A DNA stretch of 64,000 nucleotides from the NCBI GenBank assembly GCA_040756875.1, contig JBFLYH010000001.1, positions 960,001 to 1,024,000 on the forward strand. Direction: 5' to 3'. Made by a program: the position numbers and the translations under genes. This DNA is from a candidate division FCPU426 bacterium. GTDB lineage: Bacteria > Oederibacteriota > JAAXVQ01 > JAUVAV01. Below are positions 8,560 through 16,019 of the stretch, piece by piece. The notes under the pieces are model-generated. The model searched no databases. It was given only the letters and a program-made list of their open reading frames with translations, and had not been told where the DNA came from. Every line of letters starts with the position of its first letter. The stretch's first letter is position 1.

Positions 8560-10356
8560 CTAACTGGATACGCGCAGCAGTTCTTCGTACGACGTCACAC
8601 CCGCCAGCGCTTTTTTAGCCACCAGGGTCCTGAGGGAAATGAATCCCGGCGTTTCGGCGATGGTCTTTTTCATGACCGCCGCCGGCGCTTTGCTAAAAAT
8701 CTGATCCCTTAGTCCTTCGCGCACTGGAATGATCTCGAATACCGCCTGCCGTCCGCGGTAGCCGGTCTGGGAACACTGCTCGCACCCTTTGCCGCGGTAA
8801 AGCATGACTTTTCGTCCGGCCGGCGCCCCCAGGTACTTGGCGATTTCCGGCGAGGCTTCATAGCTCTCCTTGCACTGGGAGCAAATGACGCGCACCAGAC
8901 GCTGGTTGACGACCGCGCTCAAGGAGGAGCCGACCAGATAAGGTTCCAGCCCCATGTTGATCAAGTATTGAATGGCGGCCACGCCGTCGTTGGCGTGGAG
9001 GGCGCTGATGATCATGTGCCCCGTGGGCACGGCATCCAAAACCGCACGCGCCAATTCCAGGTCGTTCAGGCTGCCGACCAGCAGTACGTCCGAGTCCTGC
9101 ATCAACATGGCACGCACGCCCGATTGATAGGTCACGCCCCGCTTCTCGTTGACCATGACCTGGTTAATGCCGGTCAAGGAATGGTCCGCTGACTCGTCCA
9201 CCGCCGAAACATTGCGGGTGGGCTGGTTCAAACTGTTCAGGGTTGCGTAAGCGGTGGTGGATTTGCCCGATTGCCGCGGCCCGCTGAGCAAAACCAAGCC
9301 GTAGGGCTGGGCCAGCAGTCTGCGATAAATTTCCAACTGGGCCGGCTCCATGCCCAATTTGTCCAGATCCAGGGCGATGGCCTCCGCATTCAGAATGTGC
9401 ATGACGACTTTTTCGCCCCACAACGTGGGAGCGATGAAGATCGACAACGTAACTTCCTTGCCAGGGATTTTCAACCGCATCCGGCCCTGCTGGGCCTGGC
9501 CTTTGGTTTGGGTATCCATTTCCGCCATGGTCTTCAATCGCGCGGCCAGGGCGTTGGCCAGCGACCGGGGCGGAGATTGCACTTCCTGCAGGACGCCATC
9601 GATCCGCCAGCGGATACGGAAGCTCTTTTCGTAAGGCTCAAAGTGGATATCCGTGGCATTGACTTTCGAAGCCTCGCTCAGAACACTGGTCAGAAAGTTG
9701 ATGACCGGAGTGTCGCCGGGTCCGCTGGCGCTGGCGGTGGGAATGGACGACAGGGGCTCGGGCGTGCTGTCCGCCGCCGAAGCGGCGGCTGCAGCGGCAG
9801 CCGCCATGCTGTTCGACGCCGGCGCGGGCGCCGCTTTGACCGCCATGGTCGGCGGCGCGGCGCCAAAAGTGTCATCGCCGACGGAAGCCTTGACCAATTC
9901 CCCGGTATCTTCCTCCTTGAATCCGAAATACTTGTCCAAAGCGGTCTTGATTTCCTTTTCCGAGGAAAGGCGCAACTCCAGATCACAGCGCGTAGTCAGC
10001 TTGATATCGTCGGCCACAAACACATTGGTGGGATCGGCCATGGCGATGGTCAATGTGTTCCCTTTTTTACTGAGGGGAATGACATGCTGCGTACGCATGA
10101 GGGTTTCGGGCATTAATTTCAAGAGGGCCGGCTGGACGCTTTGCATTTCAGCCAGGGAAACATAGGGCACTCCCATTTGCGTGCCCAGGAAAGCCATGAG
10201 CACTTCCAATGTGACGTAACCTTTGCGCACCAGCACTTCGCCGATCTTCTCGCCGGTCACTTTTTGTTCCTGCAGGCCCTCCTGGAGCTGTTCCTGCGTG
10301 ATAATCTCCTCATCCAGGAGCATTTCACCGATGCGGTGTCCTTTGCTGGTCGCCAT
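8560..10356 (-). CDS. GspE/PilB-family protein with N-terminal MshEN domain; ATPase motifs degenerate
   Basis: RIGEMLLDEEIITQEQLQEGLQEQ...KIGEVLVRKG (MshEN), ATDIHFEP, RIDGVL, GPRQSGKST, and CSQC...CEQC Zn site. GAGGAGG RBS precedes ATG at 10356. Confidence 0.88.
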   Translation of the reverse strand: MATSKGHRIGEMLLDEEIITQEQLQEGLQEQKVTGEKIGEVLVRKGYVTLEVLMAFLGTQMGVPYVSLAEMQSVQPALLKLMPETLMRTQHVIPLSKKGNTLTIAMADPTNVFVADDIKLTTRCDLELRLSSEKEIKTALDKYFGFKEEDTGELVKASVGDDTFGAAPPTMAVKAAPAPASNSMAAAAAAAASAADSTPEPLSSIPTASASGPGDTPVINFLTSVLSEASKVNATDIHFEPYEKSFRIRWRIDGVLQEVQSPPRSLANALAARLKTMAEMDTQTKGQAQQGRMRLKIPGKEVTLSIFIAPTLWGEKVVMHILNAEAIALDLDKLGMEPAQLEIYRRLLAQPYGLVLLSGPRQSGKSTTAYATLNSLNQPTRNVSAVDESADHSLTGINQVMVNEKRGVTYQSGVRAMLMQDSDVLLVGSLNDLELARAVLDAVPTGHMIISALHANDGVAAIQYLINMGLEPYLVGSSLSAVVNQRLVRVICSQCKESYEASPEIAKYLGAPAGRKVMLYRGKGCEQCSQTGYRGRQAVFEIIPVREGLRDQIFSKAPAAVMKKTIAETPGFISLRTLVAKKALAGVTSYEELLRVSS

Positions 10357-10450
10357 ACGCGCCCCTCCTCGCCCTGATCTCCCTAAAGGGACTTCCTCCG
10401 GTCGCACCGACCGGTTTGATATGGGACTCTCTCCGGTCGCCTGCGGCTGT

Positions 10451-12157
10451 TTAGCCGCCGAAAAGTCCGAAAAGCCCCTTCTTCTTGTCCTGTTTCTTCA
10501 CTTCGCCTTCATCCGCCGGCTTGTCCGTCTTCACTTCCTGGTAATCGACCGCCTTCCCGCGTTCGAAGGTTTTATGTTTGCTGGTGTCATGCCGATCCGG
10601 CATCCGGGTATCGGCTTGTTCCTTGGTGAATTGCGAAATTTCCGACTCGGACAATCCGGAATTGGGTGTGATCTTGATCGCCTGTTCCTTGCCGGTGCCC
10701 AAATCCGTGGCCGAAACGCGCACGATGCCGTTGGCGTCCACGTCAAAGCATACTTCGATCTGAGGCACCTCCCTGGGAGCGGGAGGGATGCCGACCAAAT
10801 CAAAAGTCCCGATCAATTTGTTGTCGGCGGCCATGGGTTTTTCGCCTTGGTAAACCTGGATGCGGACGAAGGTTTGGTTGTCCTTGGCCGTGGAAAATAT
10901 TTCGGCTTTGCGCACGGGAATGGTGCTGTTTTTCTCAATAATTTTCGACATCATGCCGCCTTCGGTACGAATGCCGAGCGAAAACGGGGTGACGTCGAGG
11001 AGCAGAATGTCGCGGATGTTGCCTTTTAATACGGAGGCTTGTATGGCAGCGCCTGCGGCTACGGCCTCGTCCGGATTGACGCCGGCATAGGGTTCCTTGT
11101 TGAATTGCCGGCGGACGATTTCGCGCACTTTCGGCATGCGGGTCATGCCCCCCACCAAAACCACCTCGTCAATATCAGCCGGTTTTAATCCCGAATCGTG
11201 CAAAGCCACTTCGCAGGGTTTGATCGTGCTTTCGATCAAATCCCTGGTCAGTTCTTCAAGCTTGCCCCGGGTCAGTTTGGCGGCAAGGTGTTTGGGACCC
11301 GAGGCGTCCGAAGCAATGAAGGGCAGCGAAATGTCCGATGCCGGTTTCTCCGACAACTCGCACTTGGCTTTCTCCCCCACTTCTTTCAGGCGTTGCAAGG
11401 CGATCCGGTCCTTGCGCAAATCGATCTTTTCCTTTTTCAGGAATTCCTCGATCAGCCAGTCGATGATTCGTTGGTCGAAATCGTCACCGCCAAGGTGGGT
11501 GTCGCCGGACGTGGCTTTGACTTCGTAGACGCCGTTGCCCAGCTCCAATATACTGAAATCAAAAGTGCCGCCGCCGAGGTCATAAACCGCGATTTTGCGT
11601 TTGGTCTTGCGGTCGAATCCGGACGCCAGCGAAGCGGCCGTGGGTTCGTTGATGATCCGCAGCACTTCCAAACCCGCTATCCGTCCTGCGTCCTTGGTCG
11701 CCTGGCGCTGACTGTCGTTGAAGTAGGCCGGGCAGGTGATGACCGCCTTTTCGATTTTCTCGCCGAGATGCGCCTCGCAATCGCGTTTGATCTTCCCCAG
11801 GATCATGGCCGAAATTTCAGGCGGCGAATAATTCCGGTTGTTGACTTTCACCCGCACATCGCCGTTGCTGGCCGCCACCAGCGAATAGGGCACCAACTCC
11901 CGGTCCTTCTGGACCGCGGGGTCGTCCAGTTTAAGCCCCATGAAGCGCTTGATGGAAAATACCGTGGTTTCAGGGTTGATGACTTCCTGGCGCTTGGCCG
12001 GCTCCCCCACCACCACTTCGTTGTTTTTCATGAAGCTGACCACCGAGGGCGTGGTCCTCATGCCTTCGGCATTGGGAATGATGATGAGCTCATTGTCCTG
12101 CATGATCGCGGCGCACGAGTTCGTGGTGCCGAGGTCTATGCCGATGATTTTTGACAT
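10451..12157 (-). CDS. dnaK: DnaK/Hsp70 paralogue (568 aa; lacks most of the alpha-helical lid)
   Basis: [38 protein letters not shown], linker DILLLDVTP and a complete SBD-beta, then a short divergent tail ending [11 protein letters not shown]. Confidence 0.9.
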   Translation of the reverse strand: MSKIIGIDLGTTNSCAAIMQDNELIIIPNAEGMRTTPSVVSFMKNNEVVVGEPAKRQEVINPETTVFSIKRFMGLKLDDPAVQKDRELVPYSLVAASNGDVRVKVNNRNYSPPEISAMILGKIKRDCEAHLGEKIEKAVITCPAYFNDSQRQATKDAGRIAGLEVLRIINEPTAASLASGFDRKTKRKIAVYDLGGGTFDFSILELGNGVYEVKATSGDTHLGGDDFDQRIIDWLIEEFLKKEKIDLRKDRIALQRLKEVGEKAKCELSEKPASDISLPFIASDASGPKHLAAKLTRGKLEELTRDLIESTIKPCEVALHDSGLKPADIDEVVLVGGMTRMPKVREIVRRQFNKEPYAGVNPDEAVAAGAAIQASVLKGNIRDILLLDVTPFSLGIRTEGGMMSKIIEKNSTIPVRKAEIFSTAKDNQTFVRIQVYQGEKPMAADNKLIGTFDLVGIPPAPREVPQIEVCFDVDANGIVRVSATDLGTGKEQAIKITPNSGLSESEISQFTKEQADTRMPDRHDTSKHKTFERGKAVDYQEVKTDKPADEGEVKKQDKKKGLFGLFGG

Positions 12158-12187
12158 GCCAACCGCCTTTCCGTCCGACCGCCGGTC

Positions 12188-12733
12188 CTATTTCTTGCCC
12201 AACTCGTCCAAACGCCGCAGGGTCCGTTGGATTTCTTGATCTTTGGGCAGCAGCAACTTGACTTTTTTGAAATAGGTTCGGGCATCCTCCAGCTTTCCCA
12301 TCTCCACCAGGCACAGCGCCATGTTGTACAGGGCCTCCGGGAATTTCGGCCATTGCAGGACCGCTTCGCGGAATTTGGCCAAAGCTTTGGGCTTCTGCCG
12401 GCTGTAGAGCGCCACGCCCGCCCCAAACTGGGCGATCGCCGCAGTCCATTGTTTTTTTTGCTTGCTTTGGAAAAAAAAGAAGCGTTTTTCCGGCGCCTTT
12501 TTCTTGAGCGGGCAATAGATTTGGAAGTTATATACTTTTCTTTTCTCAGGATCCGAGAGCGTCTGATAGGCCTCCACCACTTTGGCTGTCATCTGATGGG
12601 CCCAATCAGCGCGATCCGGGTTGTGGTCGGGATGATACTTGTACAACAGCATGCGGTAGGCCGACTCGATCTCCTCGCGGTTGGCCGCCGGATACACTTC
12701 CAAGATTTCGTAAAAATTCTGCTCGCTGGCCAT
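12188..12733 (-). CDS. J-domain protein with C-terminal TPR repeats
   Basis: NFYEILEV...AYRMLLYKYHPDHNP...EAYQTLSDPEKRKVY (HPD intact). PEALYNMALCLVEMGKLEDARTYFKK is TPR-like. Confidence 0.88.
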   Translation of the reverse strand: MASEQNFYEILEVYPAANREEIESAYRMLLYKYHPDHNPDRADWAHQMTAKVVEAYQTLSDPEKRKVYNFQIYCPLKKKAPEKRFFFFQSKQKKQWTAAIAQFGAGVALYSRQKPKALAKFREAVLQWPKFPEALYNMALCLVEMGKLEDARTYFKKVKLLLPKDQEIQRTLRRLDELGKK

Positions 12734-12814
12734 AAGTCCTTTTTGGTTTACTCTTTATTTTTAATATCGTCATTCCGGCATGTCTTTAGCCGGAATCCAG
12801 TGGTATTGCTCAAG

Positions 12815-14275
12815 TTAGAATTTCGCGCCGGTAATGCGGTAGACTTCGATCGTCTCGCCGCTATCCGGCATCTGCAAATCCTCCACTTTGTCGCCGCGGA
12901 TCAAATTGGTGACCCGTCTGAACACGTCGCCCGCCACCATGACCACGGAAAACGCCTGGTTGCTCATTTTCTGGGTAAAGCTCAGGTAATCGCGGATGAC
13001 CTCGGTTGCCGTCAAACCGCGCTGGGTCAGCAGCGAACCATTGGCTTCCCCGGAGGCGACGCCCAGGGAAATGAACAGCGGCTTCTCGTTTCTGGCCACC
13101 CGCCGCTTGTTGATTTCCGCCAGCGCTTTTTGCACGTTCACGGCGGTGATGATCGCGCGCCGGTCGTCATCCTGGTGCGCTTGCGGGACCCCAAAAACCG
13201 CCAGAAACAGGTTCTCGGTGAATTTATAGACCTGGCCTTCGTACTCAAAAAGCGCGTGCACGAATTTCTTGAAATAAGCGTCCACGGCTTCGGCGAAGCT
13301 GGCGGCGTCCTCGGTAGTGGCCTGTTGGGAGACCTGGCTGAGGTCGGCGAAGAGCACGGTGACGGGATGGCGTTTGCCTTCAACTTCCGGCGAGCCCGCG
13401 ACCGCCGAAGCGTCGATGAACCGTTCCTGGGCTTCCTTGGTGATGTACAGTTCGAAGGAGGCTTTAATCTTCTCGACTTCTTTTAATTCGTCGGCCACTA
13501 CGTCGAACGCATCCTTGATGCGCACTTTTTCCTTGAGTTCTTGGACCATGAGATTGAAACTTTCGGTGAGCAATCCGATTTCATCCTTGCTTTTGACCTT
13601 GGCGGTGACCCCCAAGTCGCCTTTGGCCACCTTGGACATGGCTGCCGTCAGTTCGGCAATCGGCCGTGTGACGGTTTTGGAAACCCACAACGCCCCCGCG
13701 AAGCCGACGATCATCATGACCAGCGTGAGCAGAATATTCAGTATCTTCGCGAGCATGATTTCCCTTTTCAAGGTCAGCAAAGAGAACCGGAGGTTGACCG
13801 TGGCCACCCGGGCGTCTTCCACCACGATGTCACCCGAGATTTTCGCGGTGTTGCCGGCCGGAAAAGCATACTGCGTAAGTTTGAGGAGGGACGCCTGGCT
13901 TTCGTCCATCCCCTGCAGGGCGGGATCCAGCAAGGCGACCGTGGCCGGATTCAGGGTGAAGGCCTTAATGTCGCCCTCAGTGCCGACGATGGAAATGTAA
14001 ACGATGTTGGCGTCAAGGTTCCTGATAACTTTGATGAATTCCTGGAAGACCGGCCACGCCACGCGTTCGCCGGCCAACGGTTCGATCAATTTCAACGCCG
14101 CGACCATGTTGGCCACGTCGGTCATGCGTTTGTCCATCTCCTGGACTTTGACCTGTTCTTCTTTGTATATCGAAAAGTAGGACACCACGCCCATGATGAG
14201 GGCCACGAGCGCGATCACCAACACGGTGATTTTATAGGTTAAGCCGAATGTGGCTTTCTGTTTATTTCCGGCCAT
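12815..14275 (-). CDS. Membrane protein: 2 TM + periplasmic domain + HAMP + degenerate class III adenylate/guanylate cyclase domain
   Basis: Two hydrophobic helices, HAMP (TRPIAELTAAMSKVAKGDL...DEIGLLTESFNLMV), and cyclase-fold remnants VTVLFADL, FLAVFGVP, ISLGVASGE. Confidence 0.82.
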   Translation of the reverse strand: MAGNKQKATFGLTYKITVLVIALVALIMGVVSYFSIYKEEQVKVQEMDKRMTDVANMVAALKLIEPLAGERVAWPVFQEFIKVIRNLDANIVYISIVGTEGDIKAFTLNPATVALLDPALQGMDESQASLLKLTQYAFPAGNTAKISGDIVVEDARVATVNLRFSLLTLKREIMLAKILNILLTLVMMIVGFAGALWVSKTVTRPIAELTAAMSKVAKGDLGVTAKVKSKDEIGLLTESFNLMVQELKEKVRIKDAFDVVADELKEVEKIKASFELYITKEAQERFIDASAVAGSPEVEGKRHPVTVLFADLSQVSQQATTEDAASFAEAVDAYFKKFVHALFEYEGQVYKFTENLFLAVFGVPQAHQDDDRRAIITAVNVQKALAEINKRRVARNEKPLFISLGVASGEANGSLLTQRGLTATEVIRDYLSFTQKMSNQAFSVVMVAGDVFRRVTNLIRGDKVEDLQMPDSGETIEVYRITGAKF

Positions 14276-14297
14276 GTATCATTCCCATTTCCCGCTG

Positions 14298-15698
14298 TTA
14301 TTGGGCAAGATAGGTGAAACCATACACGCTGCGGTCGAAAGAGCCCACAACCAGAATGCCATCTGCGATGACAGGCGACGAATTTACCGCCCCCTGAGTG
14401 GCATAACTCCATTTGGCTTTCCCGTCGCTGGCGCGCACGGCCGCCACGGAACTGCCGGCGCCCACATACACTGTTCCGTTGAATTCCACCGGCGAGGAAA
14501 GGATGGCCCCTTCCTGTTTCATCTTCCAAACTATCCCGCCGGTCGAAGCATTGAGCGCGTATAGTGTCTTGTCTTTGGATCCGACAAAAAGATACTTACC
14601 GGAAAGACAGGGAGAGGAGGAGACCCAGCCCTGGGTCGCGGCTTTCCAAGCCAACTCCCCGGTTTCCAGGTTGAGAGCGTAAATGTTTTTGTCGTCCGAG
14701 CCGAAATAAACCTTGTCATCGCCCAGGGCGGCGCTGGAAAAAATCTGTTTTTCAGCCTTGTAGCTCCATTTCGCCGATCCATCCGCTGCCGACAGGGCGT
14801 AAAACGTTCCGCCCAAGGTTCCCAGGTAAACGATTCCGCCTCGGACTTTCGGGCTTCCCGCCACCGGCCCATCCAGATTTTTCTTCCATGCCACCGCGCC
14901 GTTGGCCGCAGAAAACGCGTAAATCTGGCCATCCATGGAGCCGATGAAAACCATCCCGCCCACCACGGCCGGGCTGGAGAAGTTGATGGCATCCCCGGTC
15001 ATCGCCCGCCAGAGCAGGCTGCCATCCTTGGCGCTGAGGCAATAGAGATAAGTATCCTGAGAACCCACGTATACTTTTCCACTCACCACGGCCGGCGACG
15101 AGGTCACTCCGGCACCCGTCGCGCGTTCCCAAATCTGCCGTCCGTCTTTGGCATTGATGGCGTAGACTTTCCCGTCACCCGAACCGATGAAGACTACCCC
15201 GCCCACCACGGCCGGAGAGCTGTCGATTTGCTCACCTGTCCGGTATTTCCATTGCAGGTCCAAGGGCGGGGTGATGGGCGCTCCGGAGGCCGGCTGGTTT
15301 TTATCATTCTGGCGGAACATGGCCCACCCCGTGGCCTTGGCGCTGGAAACAACCGGTGCAGCGGCTTGTTCAGCCGGCTTGGCTTCCGCCGGGGCGGCTT
15401 GGATTTTTTCCTCGACAGCGGCGATTTCCCGCTGGATTTTTTCCACTTGATGCTGGGATTGCGTGCCGCCGCTGCGTCGGGCCTGTTCAAGCGCCAGCCG
15501 CAATTCATCCAGCTTTTTCTGCTGTTCAGCGATAATCCGCTGTTGCTCCGCGGCTTTCTGCTGGGTCTGCACGTTTCCCGAAACGTTGAATTGGATCTTG
15601 ATTTCCTTCTCTTTAGTGGGGCGGCCGCAACCGGCTGCAAAGGATACCATCGCGATTAGAAGGGCAAAAGTGAAAAAGAGGCGAAGACGAATGGTCAT
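14298..15698 (-). CDS. Lipoprotein with coiled coil and PQQ-like (BamB-type) beta-propeller repeats
   Basis: Signal peptide ending FAAG-C, Q/E-rich coiled coil, and about eight repeats of SSPAVxGGxVYxGSxDGxxYAxxAxDGxxxW. GAAGGAG RBS. Confidence 0.85.
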   Translation of the reverse strand: MTIRLRLFFTFALLIAMVSFAAGCGRPTKEKEIKIQFNVSGNVQTQQKAAEQQRIIAEQQKKLDELRLALEQARRSGGTQSQHQVEKIQREIAAVEEKIQAAPAEAKPAEQAAAPVVSSAKATGWAMFRQNDKNQPASGAPITPPLDLQWKYRTGEQIDSSPAVVGGVVFIGSGDGKVYAINAKDGRQIWERATGAGVTSSPAVVSGKVYVGSQDTYLYCLSAKDGSLLWRAMTGDAINFSSPAVVGGMVFIGSMDGQIYAFSAANGAVAWKKNLDGPVAGSPKVRGGIVYLGTLGGTFYALSAADGSAKWSYKAEKQIFSSAALGDDKVYFGSDDKNIYALNLETGELAWKAATQGWVSSSPCLSGKYLFVGSKDKTLYALNASTGGIVWKMKQEGAILSSPVEFNGTVYVGAGSSVAAVRASDGKAKWSYATQGAVNSSPVIADGILVVGSFDRSVYGFTYLAQ

Positions 15699-15870
15699 CA
15701 ATGTGGGCTCCTTCTTCGAATAAAGCAGGCGGAGTGGATGCTTTCCCGGACTAAAGTTCCCCTTTGGGGACCAATGGCCGGAGCTCCCTCCCATAACGAA
15801 TGTATTCCGCAATTCAACCCAGACTGAGTCCGGGAAAATTTTGCGGGGGGATTCAAATCAATAAAATCCT
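15699..15870 (-). promoter_or_regulatory. Candidate structured 5' leader (about 170 nt) with alternative pairings
   Basis: TTTCCCGGACT pairs perfectly with distal AGTCCGGGAAA (15742-15752/15827-15837), or a local hairpin forms at 15807-15846. No known riboswitch consensus recognised. Confidence 0.4.
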
Positions 15871-15874
15871 ACTG

Positions 15875-15904
15875 ATTCTAGCACGTGTAAATTTAATTTG
15901 TCAA
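15875..15904 (-). promoter_or_regulatory. Sigma70-type promoter for the PQQ-lipoprotein operon
   Basis: Minus strand TTGACA-18 nt-TAGAAT with extended -10 (TGC-TAGAAT). Confidence 0.7.
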
Positions 15905-15949
15905 TCTTGCTCTATCTATTTTGGCAGGTCAACTACGGGGGGAAAGCCA

Positions 15950-15985
15950 GAGCCTGGCGGTTAGGACTTTAAATCCGCCAGGCTC
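15950..15985 (-). terminator. Probable terminator hairpin downstream of smc
   Basis: 11-bp perfect stem GAGCCTGGCGG/CCGCCAGGCTC about 35 nt after the smc stop. U-tract is weak. Confidence 0.55.
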
Positions 15986-16019
15986 CGGGGTGTGGGTGAA
16001 AACCGGCATGTCTGTGTGA

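Noticed and set aside
10451-12733. Canonical dnaK-dnaJ heat-shock operon
   Set aside because: No grpE, hrcA or CIRCE nearby, the J protein lacks G/F and Zn-finger domains, and DnaK lacks its lid.
14298-15698. Assignment as bamB
   Set aside because: PQQ-like repeats are generic. The gene is in a separate transcription unit from bamA and has an extra coiled coil.
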